Part shown: in pieces, positions 11,299 through 23,205 of the stretch
Numbering within the stretch: the stretch's first letter is position 1
Layout: each line of letters opens with the position of its first letter
DNA from: Catajapyx aquilonaris
Lineage: Eukaryota
Length of the DNA: 33,016 nt
Assembly: GCA_000934665.2 (NCBI GenBank)
Contig: JYFJ02004330.1
Coordinates: 1-33,016, forward strand
Direction of reading: 5' to 3'
Program-made: the position numbers and the translations under genes
The notes under the pieces: model-generated
The model's database searches: none
What the model was told of the DNA's origin: nothing
Seen by the model: only the letters and a program-made list of their open reading frames with translations

Positions 11299-11599
11299 CA
11301 GTGGTCGGCAACCTTATGTCAAGGGTGGGCCGGATAAAAAATTTCCAACCTTCCGAGGGCCGCTATGATAAGATAGCCATTTCGGAAGTTTATTCCCCCC
11401 CCCCCCCCCCCCCNCTGGGCGTCTTCAAGGTCGAGACCTGTACTCATTTCGGAAAATGGGCTTTTCGCTCGTATCGTTATCGCAGTCAATTTTTATTATT
11501 TCCCAAGATTTTCTCGAAATATTTCAATGGCGCCGCGGGCCAGATGCGGACCCTTGGCGGGCCGCGTCCGGCCCGCGGGCCGTAGGTTGCCGACCCCTG
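11299..11599. mobile_element. hAT Charlie/Buster-type MITE, 301 bp
   Basis: TIRs CAGTGGTCGGCAACCT / AGGTTGCCGACCCCTG. 8-bp TSD ATGTACAT at 11291-11298 and 11600-11607. Confidence 0.93.
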
Positions 11600-11656
11600 A
11601 TGTACATCATCATTAAATCGGATACATCATCGTATACATCATCAAATACATAGAGA

Positions 11657-13054
11657 CTAAACAAGTTTTTTTCTGGCCTTCCTCATTGCAAAATCTTCGC
11701 AGAGTTCATCAAAATTTGTTTGTCTAAGTTTGTCACTTTCTATGCACAAAATGCTCAGTGCGACCAACCTCTTTTGAGACATTGTGGCCCTTAATTCATT
11801 TTTAATTCTTTTGAGTCTTGAAAAAGACCTCTCTCCTGAGCAGTTAGTAACCATTAAACTAAGAAATAGCCGCAAGATTGCTTCAACATTAGGGAAGGCC
11901 ATCTGAATTTTTTCCTTGTATATAATTTGATAAAGGTCTGTATGAGACAGTGACTGCTCGTGCTCTTCTATACTCATATGGTTTTGTCTCACGTACAAGT
12001 GAAAGTGCAGAAGTTCTAAAGTAAGTTTCTGGTCAACATCTTCAGGGTATGCTTCTATCAACAGTTCAACACCTTGCTGAATGTCTTTCTTAGATGCTGC
12101 CAGATTAGCGAGAAAGGAAAACATTTGTGCAACATCATTATATACAGAAGCTCTTTTTCTTAAATTGGCGTCAAGTGCATCTAGTACAGGAATAAATGAT
12201 TTTACCCTAAACTTATCTCTTGAAGTTGCCCTCGCCTCCTGGTTAGGTAAGATAACATGGCATTCCTGTGATTTTCTGAGGTTTCATGACCTTGGATAAT
12301 GCAGGAGTTTTTCCAATCGTCAAACCCATCCGAAGCTAAAGCAGATACAATGTTGGGGGGGGGGGGGGGGGGGGGCAATTCACATTGNTGCACACAAAGC
12401 AATAAATCCGGCCACTTGAGGGAGAATACACAAGCCACTCTCGGCTGTATTTTTCCCCATTGGCTTTTGTGGAATAAAAAAGATATTTTGTGCAAAATCT
12501 GGACTGCATTTTGTACATTCGCTTAGAATTTAAAAATGGGCCACAATGATGCTGAAGTTGAGACGGCCCCTTCTCTACCCAATATGATACTTCCTCAGAT
12601 GTTAATTCTTTCCACAGACCAACGTCTTTTGCTGTGTCTGGAATAGCTTGGTCTTTGCCTACCTTGCCAGATGTGAGTTGACAATTCGGAGTCTCCACAT
12701 AATCAATTCTGCCTCTGTAGCCTCTTGTCCTGTAGGTGACACTTGAGTAAGTTCTCTTACTTCATCTTGAGCCGGCATCATGGCTGCTTTCGTATGATCA
12801 CATTGCTGCTCTGCGTCCTGCTCCGTATTTTCTCTTTCGGGAAGGATTTCTTCTGGTTGACTGGTTGGCTGTGTAGCTCCAAAACACTCATTTATTTGCG
12901 TTTGTGTTAATGCATCTTCTTCACCACTGGCACTTGTTGCTGCTGGCAGTGGCCGATGTAAGAAAGCAGTGATTGGTGTTAACTTCTTTACCATATCATC
13001 TTCAAGTCTCTTTTTCTTGCGCTTGCTAGCACCACTTTCAAATCTCTTACTCAT
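11657..13054 (-). pseudogene. hAT transposase remnant: TTF zinc finger plus C-terminal dimerisation domain, catalytic core deleted
   Basis: REWLVYSPSSGRIYCFVC...GFDDWKN...HETSENH joins near 12225 to FIPVLDAL...FPNVEAILRLFLSLMVTNCSGERSFSRLKRIKNELRATMSQKRL. Confidence 0.9.
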
Positions 13055-13369
13055 GGTCGGAGTAGAATCTGAAAATTTAAGAAATAAAATTAATCATGAT
13101 CAGTTATTAGAAAGGAAAACCTAAAAAAGCATTCTCACAAAATGGGGTTCACTTCAATGAAGAAATAATATTTATCTTTTAATAAGATTTGGGCAATTTT
13201 TTCGAAGCTTGCGCACCGTACCGTATTGACAATTACATTGCAAAATCTGAATGAAATCTTCTTCCAAAACCATTTACAATTGAATGCCCTTTTTCTATCG
13301 TTGACAAAGGTGCTATAAATCGGCATAATTTGATTACTAACCTTACTGATGAAAACTGCAACGACTTAT

Positions 13370-13700
13370 TCAGCTTGGCCTGGTATTCTTCCTAACCTGT
13401 GCACTCTCTCCAATTTGACAGTGGACGGCGATGGATGCATTGCATGGGTTTGCAGGAACTCCCGAAAAATAGCTGTCGTGCGGTCTCATACTTCGTCCTT
13501 CTCTTCTTGCAGTCCATATATCACCAAATCCTCCGAGATTGGTTTTCAGGATGATCTATACTTGATTTTCCAAATCAATGAGGCGCTACTGGAGTCCCTC
13601 CGAGCTTTGTTCGTGTCGGTGGCTACCTTTGTGAGTTCCTGAAAGCTGGCAGTCCAGGTCTCTTCGATGGTCTCGAGCGTCTTCTTTTAGAGTAATGTCC
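13370..13700 (-). pseudogene. LINE ORF1-like remnant (coiled coil-RRM)
   Basis: Manual translation gives ENQSRR/(frameshift)LVIYGLQEE...VKLERVHRLGRIPG, matching the LENxSRRxNLxIxG...ERxHRLG pattern. Confidence 0.65.
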
Positions 13701-14678
13701 CCTGAAAATTTCTGAATGACAAAAATTAGTCCCTTCCACATATTTTTATTGCAACATTTTCTTTAGTGCATCCGCATACTTTGGAAGGGAATCATGGGGT
13801 GGGAGGCCCAAAACATGCTGCTGCAAAAAAGTTAAAGTTTATTTTGCTCCTTTTGCATACTTCATGTCAAAAACATAGCAACACGCTATGGTACATTTGA
13901 CCGCTTCGCTCAAACTGTTGAATGTTCCATCGGTAATGGTCTCTGCCTGGATGTGGAGGGTTACTTTTGTCGTCTGATTCCAAGGGCAGTTGCCATCCAC
14001 TGACAACACTGGCTCTCCTGGTAGTTTCTATATACAAGAGGAAGAAAAAAGACACATTGAAAGTCACATTTGATCAGATCAAAACAAAAATACTGCTTCT
14101 GTCTCACCTTTGCCTCGTTGTTGAGGACAACATCATCGGGCTTTTTCCGCAGCAATACGGCCAGTCCCAGTGCCTGCAAGGCCTGTTCCTTGTAGGCTGA
14201 AGGAGTAGGTGACTGCTCTTAAGCTTTGCGAAGGACTTTTGCTGCTGGAGACTGGGATTTTTCCAGAGCGCTGCAGATTTTTGCACCATTTGAGGAAAAA
14301 AATCTGGTCAGCTTTTCTTTGGCATCAATCATTACCAAGCGCTTCATTTCTAGCAGTATCTGATGAGGAGAAAAAAAAAATATGGGGGAAAAAAGGACAA
14401 AACAAAAACACACACACACACCCACCCACACAAAGTTTACAGTTCCATGTCCCCCCTTACGGGTTCGGGACTTGATCGTGGGACGGGCGGCTCCTCTGGG
14501 TGTCGTCCCAATGGTCGAGTCTCGACCCTATGACGGCTTGGGTTCGATTCGGAAGCGAACGGGTGGTCCGCCCCTGTGCGGACCACGATGAAAGGGACTT
14601 AGAGTGATGATATAGGCCCTATGTGGGGCCCGGGGTTTAAGGACCTACATGGTCTGGAATAACCCCGTTAATATCTGA

Positions 14679-15155
14679 CTAAGTTTTTTTTTTTTTAAGT
14701 TCCATGTCCCCCAACGCCTTGGCTGCTTCCGGGTCACGTACCCCCTCCTGTTGCGTCTTGACCTGGCCATCCGTCTGGGCTCCCTTGATGTGCTGCTGCA
14801 GGTTGCAGATGTAATCTGCCATGATCTTCAAGGCCGCCCCCGCGGTGATCTCCTCGCCTGTGGACACACCCACCAACCGGAGGGCCTCCTCTTTTGCGGC
14901 GTTCTCCACCTGTCGCCGCTCGTGGTGTTGACGGTCACGCCTACCCCGCAGGTAGGCTGCAGGTGTGGCGATGGTCACCACGGGCTCTCCAGGGCCTGTG
15001 GGCTCCAAACGAATTGGAGGCCCTACTGCTGCTTCCTCCTCCCCAGAGACCGGAAGGTAGCTGGTGCCAACCGACCTCTGCCCGCATGGAATGGGGGCGT
15101 GATGCATCCGGATACCTGCACAAATGTCCATGGGAGAGGCCGTTGTCAATCCACG
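14679..15155 (-). pseudogene. Family B copy 1: bHLH-like accessory ORF, 5'-truncated by the adjacent LTR
   Basis: Highly similar to 22573-23061, sharing VTIATPAAY.RGR.DRQH..RRQVE.AAK.EALRLVGVSTGEEITAGAALKIMADYICNLQ. Confidence 0.7.
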
Positions 15156-15635
15156 GGTCATTAAATGACAACCCAAGCGAGTGGACGTTATAGTTTTTAA
15201 AATACCAATGCCAAAGGGAAATTATGCACAATGTATCTCAGATTACATACGTTTATTTGGTAACCAGCAGTAGTTATTCCACAGAATATAATACGCTAGA
15301 GTTACAAACAATATAATGGTTGATCAATAATAAGTAGGTTAACTTACAAACTTGGAGCTTCTGGTTCTGCTGTCCTGGAGAGAGTGATTTTTGGGCCCCG
15401 AAAGACGGCTTTTATAGAGAGGATTTGTCCTTCACAATAAGAAAAACTCGACACGTGATGCAACGATTGATTAGTCACCAAAGAAAAGAAGATGGCCGAT
15501 ACATCGATCTACATGTAAAATTGATGGTAAAAAGGTGACCTTCGTCCGCCCTTGATCGACACTGTAAGAGTTTAAAAAGATGGCGCGCATGTGGATGTTA
15601 AGTTACTGTATTCTATCATGGCCCCTTTCGTGACA
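15156..15635 (-). mobile_element. LTR of the same family as 4139-4617
   Basis: 15350-15635 closely matches 4336-4617. The remainder is weakly alignable (AACCCAAG..AGT.GACGTT). No TSD was found and the left end is approximate. Confidence 0.8.
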
Positions 15636-15754
15636 ATCACAGAAGAAATTTTGGCAACGCCAGAATTTCTACAATCAAAATTTATGCTCAACACTGGAAC
15701 AATTCATTTTACGAAAGAGAGGGGAGAGAGAGAAAAACAAAACAAGATAACAAA

Positions 15755-15820
<66 letters not shown>
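15755..15820. repeat. (AAT)n microsatellite, ~22 units
   Basis: Read directly from the sequence. Confidence 0.97.
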
Positions 15821-15845
15821 TAAAATAAGGGATCCCCTTGACACA

Positions 15846-16668
15846 TTATGGCGTGTGGTGGGTCGGGGTCACCGGCTTGCCGTCTCTGACCCGCCATGCT
15901 CCCCGCGGACCTGGCTGTCGGCGAGTGCCATATGGATGTTCACTATGGTCCGGCATCCTCTTTCGGCGACGAATGGGCCCCTTGACGCTGTCGCAACCGG
16001 ATGAAGCCGGGGCCACGGGAGAGTTGATACAGTTCCGTGCCACGGTAATGGCCGGGACAGCTGGACTGACCTCCTCCATCGCCCCAAGCTCCGTCGGGAA
16101 CTTGTCCGACATCATTTTTCCTCTGTGAGAGGACACCGGAGCGTGGCCTCGTCCTGATGTCGTCGAGGCCACCGGATTGGGAATCGTATTCCGCGCCAGG
16201 GTAATGGCCGGGACAGCTGGACTGACCCCCTCCCCAATCCCGTACTCAGCCAGGAACTGGTCCGACAGCTGCGGCAGCTCCAGACTTGATTCGCTGATGG
16301 GTGACCACGTCGCCTCAGGAGCGCCCTGGCTGGGTGAGGCGGCATCCTCCCCTTGGTGTCTGGCGCTCATCACGCCTTGGCGCCATGGTTGGACGACGAA
16401 CTGCACTTCTGACGGCAGCCATCTCCAGTCAGCCACCCAGTTACTCGCAACACGCAGCACCGACATCCCTCCATGGTAAGGGTCCGGCGACAACACAACG
16501 GATCCATGGGGGAATGAGGTGACCGACTAGACGCAAGGTGTCCGGGGACACCCTAGTCTCAGTGGGAGGCGGAGGCAAGATGTATGTGAGCACAGGACCA
16601 TCCGAGGATGAGTAATCCTTGCAGATGGGAAACACGTAGCGCGAAGAAAATGGGAGGGTCAGCTCCAT
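15846..16668 (-). pseudogene. Family A copy 1: unknown ORF, one frameshift near 16510
   Basis: ORFs 16441-16668 and 15846-16496 join into a protein aligning with 21189-21965. VSPAVPAIT.ARN is duplicated internally. Confidence 0.65.
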
Positions 16669-18463
16669 AACGTTTCCCTGTTTCGTCTCGGATACGGAAA
16701 GGTAAAATGTCTGAAGACGCGTGCTGGAGGGTGACTATGGACTAACTGTTCATACGTTCAAAAGCGTGGCCTATGATTCGCACGTAACTCAAGAAAAATA
16801 AAAATAAAATGTTTAGGTCGACATTATGTCAACCCTTTTTTCCTTGTTAGCCTTGTCGCCTTGAAGATGCTGAAGGCATAAAGAAAAACGCAATAATGCA
16901 AATGGCCAGAAGATCGAATGTCGATCAGTGGTTGCACTGGGACAACCGTACATGGGGCTACCATCTTGGAAATTTCTCCCATCTTGCATGTTACTACAGC
17001 TGACTTCGACATTAAATGATACGTGAGCCTCTCTCCCCAAGGCTAAAGAAAATAAAAGAAAATGAGATACAAATAAAATAAAATCCAACTTATACCGTAC
17101 CGGTATACGAACCATGTAAGAAGCTCCAATTTAATTCTACACAATATTACTCGGGAAATTTGGTTCTGACATTTGAATCCCCAGACTCAAAAAAACGCCC
17201 TCCTCAACATGAGGAATAGCGGGCTGGCCTTGCTCGGGAAACCTGGGCCCCCGTTTTTTTTTTCTTAAATGGCCCAGACCTCCTCCAAGGGCGGAACTTG
17301 ACACGACAAAATATGATAGCTCCTAAACACAACAAAGAAAAACAATGCTATTACTGGGTCAAAAAAACCCATAGGCTGAGACCATTAGGATGGCCCAAAA
17401 TCGGACTCAAATTCAAAAGGTGAAATTTCTCGTAATGAGTCAACTGTTTCTCTCAATGTTTCCAATGAAACCTGAGATCCTGGCACAACGGGGCGCAACT
17501 GCTTTACAACAGCTGTCCATAGGCTCGAATTCGAACCTATGTTTGCTAGTCAGTTTCGTTCCGCTAGCTACAGGACACTGGTGACACGTGGCACTACTAC
17601 CATATGTGAAAAAGGATACTGCATGTGAGATGATCCATGAGAACTCGTGACTAACTTGAATCCAGATATGAACTTCTACGGAGAGATTGGATGAGGAAAA
17701 ATGGGCCAGGGGTACTTTCTCATCAAATCAACTGAGTTGGTTTCTGCTTGCAGTGGTAATTATATGAAAAAGTCTAACGTTATCCATTCACCATATTAAC
17801 TGTACCCGAAACTGAGGATAGAGCTCGCGAAACTCCACCGCAGCATCACGTACTACGAAAGACAACCCCTTCGTCAAGACTAGAGAAAATGTTGTGAGTA
17901 AATTCTCCGCATACTGACCTCGTACTAACTGAAATCACTCGGGTCGCCAGGCGACCCAAAAGGAAAAACACTGTCGCGCAGTGAATCATTGCAAGCTTGT
18001 CCGGATGGGAGAAGCAAGCCATTTAGCAGAGTAAATCTGAGAAAACTGAGTGATGACGTCAGTAACTGATTTTTTTTCGGAGGTGAAGAATCCAAATCTA
18101 ATACCACGTTCCAACTGCTGTCCATATCAATAAATTCGCCCAACTTGACGAATTACAATCCTGAATAGGGTGGATTCTGTAGTCCTCCAAATGTATTGCT
18201 ACATGTCTGGTGACTCTGGAAGAGAACACACTTATCCGACCCACATATTATTTGCCAAATCAAAATTAATTGAGGGGTCTTAAGCAAGAGTTGCCTAACC
18301 CACATGAACCTTGTTTCAAGATATTTGCATTTGAAAGTTTGTCAGGTTGTCTTACTGCTGTGCTACTACTGACTGTCGCCAAACTCGATGGGTGGATGCA
18401 ATGAAATTTAGTGAAGCAATAGCAGCAGAAAAGGAGACGAAAACGTTACACAATCCGATAGGA

Positions 18464-19530
18464 GAGCACTTGACACAATGACATGTAGCTCTTTGGGCTA
18501 CTCTGGCTAAATTATAATGTGAGCCGATGTGTCATAGGCTACTCCGGCTCACAAACCTTTAGATACAGATTGACGATTGTAGGCTACTATTAATAACCTT
18601 CAAAGTGAGCCTCTCTAATTATTTACTTTACCGTGTAGTAGGTAGAAATTCATAGAATCATTGTGCGCAACTTTTATTACCTTTTGAGCAAGTTTTCATC
18701 CGTATACACAATATCATGAATAATACCCGTAATAAAAGGAAAGGTAAGTAGTTAATCAATGACTTGTTGAAATTTTCAACATGTGACAGCAAAGTAGTAG
18801 CCATATTGTTGTCCTAAACTGTTATTTTCCACTGTTCATGGCCAATATTGATCCTGGACCCTGTCTTCATCTTATAATGTAATGCATCGAGCAAGTTCAA
18901 CACACTTCACTGATCCACTTCCTTTTCTTGCTCTCCAATAGAACTGCCAACACTACACTCGTCACCATCAAGCTGGGCAGAATCCCCTTTCAAATCCCAG
19001 TAAAACTGGTGATTTACTGGCGGCACAAACTTCAGTAGATCCTGCAGGTCTTTCAGTTTAGCACTTTGCACTCGCCTACCCTCAGGGTGGAGTTTCTCAA
19101 GTGTGTCTGGTGTGCGTACTCCCTTTCGAGTGAAATCCACTCTGTAGAATGCAACGTCTTCGTTGGTGGTGTACTTGTACAGCATAATATTGGGCTCAAC
19201 TGCTGAACCTAATCCATCGAATCTTCAGCCATTGCACCTTTTGCTTTTCATTGTTGACCTTTCGATTAATCAAGCTTTTTTGCAGGCTCTCCGTTGAAAA
19301 GAAGTCCTCTTGACTCATCTTGGTGACAGGAAAAGGTACGTATTTTGGGTCTTGCTGCATCTATAACTCGAATCCAATCATCTGGCACATACACCTCTGG
19401 ATGGTATTGTTTGCGCCGCTCTATGACACCAAAATCTTCGTCGCATGGAAGATAAGAGTGCCCTGGGATCAAGAACTTGTGGTCGATGCATGTCACTGCA
19501 TACTTGCTGCTTAAGACGGAAATTTTTTCA
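18464..19530 (-). mobile_element. Sola1-like transposon 3' part: transposase C-terminal fragment (18907-19530) and probable terminus
   Basis: IDHKFLIPGHSYLPCDEDFGVIE, YVPDDW and AKLKDLQDLLKFVPP..HQFY. Candidate terminus GAGCACTTGACACAATGACATGTAGC at 18464. The family label is from motif recall. Confidence 0.7.
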
Positions 19531-20566
19531 AAATAGCTTTTGCAGCCTCTTGGTATTGTGATGTTTTCGGCTGGCTGAAATATATTGCACACAGTTTACT
19601 TAATTATTTCCAAGAGTAATTGCACCCCCTCATGCTTATACTGACAGAGTATATGTCGGCATCTTCTCAAACACAGCAGTGACCAGGCGGCACCTGTCCG
19701 TCTTGTCCAAGGGACCCTTCAATATCGCATTAACAAGTGGCTGTGGCAGTGCTGGAAGCTCAAATTTGGCCGGCCACTTCTGCTCTATTAGTTGGACTTC
19801 CCAGGCACACTGCTTCTACTGGCGGTCTAAACAGAAAAATAATAATTGTACGACAGAAGAAGTGCTGTACAAAACTACTTTCTCAAGTATTTTAAAGATC
19901 ATAGAAACGCACTTTAAATTATTTGCAGCATTGATACATTGTCACGTTGGCTTTACACTTTTTCTTTCAATATTAATATTGCATCATTCACTTCTCCTTT
20001 CCAATTATTGAATTACTAAGGAAAATCATAAATGTGACTACTTCCTGATAAGGATGATCCTGGTCATATTACATTATGCTAATGGATAATTTTGCACATT
20101 TTAAACAACTTTCATAAATATCTCATTTCTGATTTTTAAAAAAGGAACACTTGCGATGCATTGATCCTGCTGCTTTTATGTTAATTTTTAAACATGACAC
20201 TAGGTCAAAACATCTGTCACGTTTAGGCACATTCACTTTGTTTGTGCATTTGACAGGTCACAAAATAATCCCCTCTCATTGCACCATACATTCAAAAAAT
20301 CAATAACATTTAGGGACAAAACCATCAAGAAATCAGGAAAGACTACCACGTAGGACTGAGAACTGTATTAGCACACTTACATTGAACTTCCGGCACTGTC
20401 AGTAGTAGCCTCATCTACAGTGACGTTTGGGGAGTCACTTGGGGAGTGATCTGTCAAGGGTGTTTCTGGCTCACTAAAACAAGTGTCATCGACATTAATT
20501 TATTTATTGGTAGGAACAGTCGACCTATAGTTATTCTGTGGAGCAGGGTGAGAAATTAGTCAAGTC

Positions 20567-21174
20567 TGTCCCGCACTTAAAAAGGGCGATCACACCCAGG
20601 TTTATTTATATCAGACAGATTTCCAAATATATTGGCTTAAACCAACAAGTACCTTGAGAAGATATGCAATTGGAATATGGAGGTACTTACTGTATTAGTA
20701 GCCTGGACGATGAGAGAGAGATGGAATGTCACCGACTTGCTGAGTGTTGCTGGGAAGTGCCCTGGAGGATCTCTGCTGCAGAGGTTCCCAAAACCGTCTC
20801 TTTTATACTTAATGTCCACGTGTTAACTACGTTGTGACGGTTTCCAATGACGCACACCGATGCCTATGTACGTACATTGGAACACCTGACACCACCGATA
20901 TCCACTCGATTGGATACGGTTACTTTTAATGTGCTGAAATGCGTCAAGAGTTGTTCTAGATCAGATGACGCATTTCGCATTTTACCACGATACGGTTTGA
21001 ATTGAAGGGCAAAGTCATATACCGTATGACGTCCAAGAGCGCGATTAAAAGTTACCTAACCTGTTGCAAAATGAACTACGCAATGCTCTAAAAATTGTCG
21101 CTACTCTCACTCAAACTAAGGCAATACTGCTGAAATATTTTACTAAGGATCGTGCTTACTCAGCAATGGTGACA
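20567..21174 (-). mobile_element. Putative 3' LTR, ~608 bp
   Basis: Preceded on the minus strand by the purine tract GAGGGAAGGA (21175-21184). Starts TGTCACC and ends GGGACA. TATAAAA ~20805, GTAAGT ~20688 and AATAAA ~20603 are in the expected order. Confidence 0.65.
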
Positions 21175-21188
21175 TCCTTCCCTCAGTT

Positions 21189-21965
21189 TCAGGACTTTTT
21201 AGCCAGGCTAGAAAGGATCAACCCTTGAGGTCGCCTATGTCCCATACACGGACATATGCAAAACGAAAAGAAAACAAATCGTACACACACAGTTAAAAAA
21301 AAAGAAAGGGGTTCGACGTCCCTTTTCACTTCCTGACAGTTGACCTGGACGCTCACTCCTCCGCCTGGTATCCATCGACCCCCGGTGGCTGTGGTTCCTC
21401 TTCCCGCTGGTGATTGGGGACGTTCCTCCGTTCTCCCCCGTCCGCTGATGTCTCCGGCTGCTGATTCGCCTGTCGTGGGTCTAGGTTTCCCCCGAGACAA
21501 CGGTGGGTGTGAATTCCGGGAGTGTCCTGGAGGGTTCGCTGAGCCCAGCCCGATGACGGTGGAGTGACCAAGGGATGAGGCCACTGGTGACACGCTCTGA
21601 AGGTCCAATCGGCTCCAAAAATAGTCTTCCTCTGGAGGGGAGGCCTCAGCGGAAGGGGCCCAAGCCTGGACGATGATTCGGCTGCCCTCAGGATAATAGC
21701 GCCAGTCCGTGATCCTGTGCGCGTTGATGCGCACTACTTGGAGTCCCGGACCTGATGGGTCCGGCGATATCATTACTGAGCCGTGGGTGGCTATGTATTC
21801 TCCAAGGCGGAGCTGCATCCATGGTTGTGGGGCGGTAATTGGAGCTGGGAGAGTGTAGGTCACGACTGGGTATCCCGGCTGAGAATAATCCTCCAGGAAA
21901 GGAGGGAGAGGTGTGAAGGAAGTCATGATCTTTGGTAGAAGGAGGACAGAGGACTGACTGGCCAC
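21189..21965 (-). CDS. Family A copy 2: unknown protein immediately upstream of PPT+LTR
   Basis: 258-aa open frame with an ~85-aa N-terminal region conserved with copy 1. The true stop may be earlier, since the tail runs through T-rich sequence. Confidence 0.65.
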   Translation of the reverse strand: MASQSSVLLLPKIMTSFTPLPPFLEDYSQPGYPVVTYTLPAPITAPQPWMQLRLGEYIATHGSVMISPDPSGPGLQVVRINAHRITDWRYYPEGSRIIVQAWAPSAEASPPEEDYFWSRLDLQSVSPVASSLGHSTVIGLGSANPPGHSRNSHPPLSRGKPRPTTGESAAGDISGRGRTEERPQSPAGRGTTATGGRWIPGGGVSVQVNCQEVKRDVEPLSFFLTVCVRFVFFSFCICPCMGHRRPQGLILSSLAKKS

Positions 21966-22155
21966 ATCCCGGCGTTCAAACGGGAAGGGCCTTCCTAAAA
22001 TGTCGACACTGCAAAACGTCAGTCATTAACCTCCCCTGACTTGTATCAATGATCATGGGAAATGACCCTCTATCGTTCCTCCACCAGTCTTCCTCTGCTG
22101 ACTCGATACCTTAGAGGATGCACGGAACATATTGCGCTACTTCCCGTGGTCACCT

Positions 22156-22413
22156 TGTAATGACGATTGCACGTCGTCGTCGCCAGCTACTCAATAATAT
22201 ACTCGGTAGGTTCTAGAGCACACAGGTGTTTATTCAACTGTCCCCAAAAGGGGCTGGAGTACAAGTGTCTTGGGGAAAAGGGAATCAGTGTATATATATG
22301 ACAAGGGGGGAGGGGAAAAAGGGAAGGAGCAGGGGGCTCCTTCTTGGGGCCCCACCCACCAGGGGGGGAAGAACTGGGTCAGCCCAGCCCCCTGGTGAGT
22401 GGGACGTCACACA
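22156..22413 (-). mobile_element. Putative 3' LTR, ~258 bp
   Basis: PPT AAAAGGGGGGGA (22414-22425), then TGTGTGACG...TATATATA...AATAAA...GTCATTACA. The left end is approximate. Confidence 0.7.
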
Positions 22414-22572
22414 TCCCCCCCTTTTAAAAACAAGTAAATATATTTAAATTCGTTAGGCCACAGCCTAAACTGTTACAAAATGAGTCGGCCTCCTCGTGGC
22501 ACACATAGGGGGAAAACAAACAGAAAAATGGGGGAAAGAAAGGGAGAGAGAGAGAAAAAACACTCGCACAAT

Positions 22573-23205
22573 TTACATGTCCATGACCTCCAACGCCTTG
22601 GCCGCTGCCGGGTCCGGTGCCACCTCCTTTGGCATCTTGTCCTGGCCTTCCTTGATGCGATTCTGCAGGTTGCAGATGTAATCCGCCATTATCTTCAATG
22701 CCGCCCCCGCGGTGATCTCTTCGCCTGTGGATACCCCCACCAACCGGAGGGCCTCCTTTTTAGCAGCGAGCTCCACTTGTCGCCGCTGCCGGTGCTGCCG
22801 GTCATGCCTACCCCGCATGTAGGCGGCAGGTGTGGCGATGGTCACCAAGGGCTCCCCAGGGCCTGCATCTTCCAGCTGAATGGGAGGCCCAGACGCCTCC
22901 TCTTCTTCCTCCGAGGCCTCCAGGTAGCAGGTCCCCACCGACCTCACTCCCAAGGGAAAAGGCACGGGGTGTACCTTGATCCCCTCGCAGATGTCCCGGG
23001 GAGTGGCCGTCTTAATCACTGGGAATTTTTGTTCCTCCTCCCCCCCGGAAGCAGCCAACACCTGAGCATATGAGACCCTGGCTGCGTTTTTGTTGTAGCG
23101 CCCTCTCTTGGGCCCACCCCGGCCACGGAAAGGATGCGTACCGCGACCCCGACCTCGACCCGTCTGCTGCCTTCTTCATTGCTCCAAAGAGATGGTTTCA
23201 ACCAT
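22573..23205 (-). pseudogene. Family B copy 2: RG-rich N-terminus plus bHLH-like C-terminus, one premature TGA (23176-23178)
   Basis: MVETISLEQ*RRQQTGRGRGRGTHPFRGRGGPKRGRYNKNAARVSYAQV is in frame with ORF 22573-23061. It ends ~150 bp upstream of PPT+LTR. Confidence 0.7.

Larger units (their letters stand above)
10477..13070 (-). mobile_element. hAT (Tip100-like) element, internally deleted, one terminus visible
   Basis: TIR CAGGGCCGGATTTA at 10477. Transposase remnants at 11657-13054. Confidence 0.8.

Noticed and set aside
12355..12389. Poly-G runs with adjacent Ns (also near 814, 10780, 11415) as G-quadruplex or poly-Pro signals
   Set aside because: Each coincides with an ambiguous base, so the lengths are unreliable and probably assembly artefacts.
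15591..16004. + strand ORF with poly-Ile resembling a membrane protein
   Set aside because: It is a translation of the (AAT)n microsatellite and antisense sequence.
17800..18330. Possible LINE AP-endonuclease remnant (LGEFIDMD, LLNG...GDP) on the minus strand
   Set aside because: Too degraded to support without a profile search.
22140..22186. PBS after the 22156-22413 LTR (TGGCGACGA or AGGTGACCAC), which would make ORF A2 a gag
   Set aside because: The tRNA match is imperfect, A2 has no gag motifs, and the downstream LTR is a different sequence.
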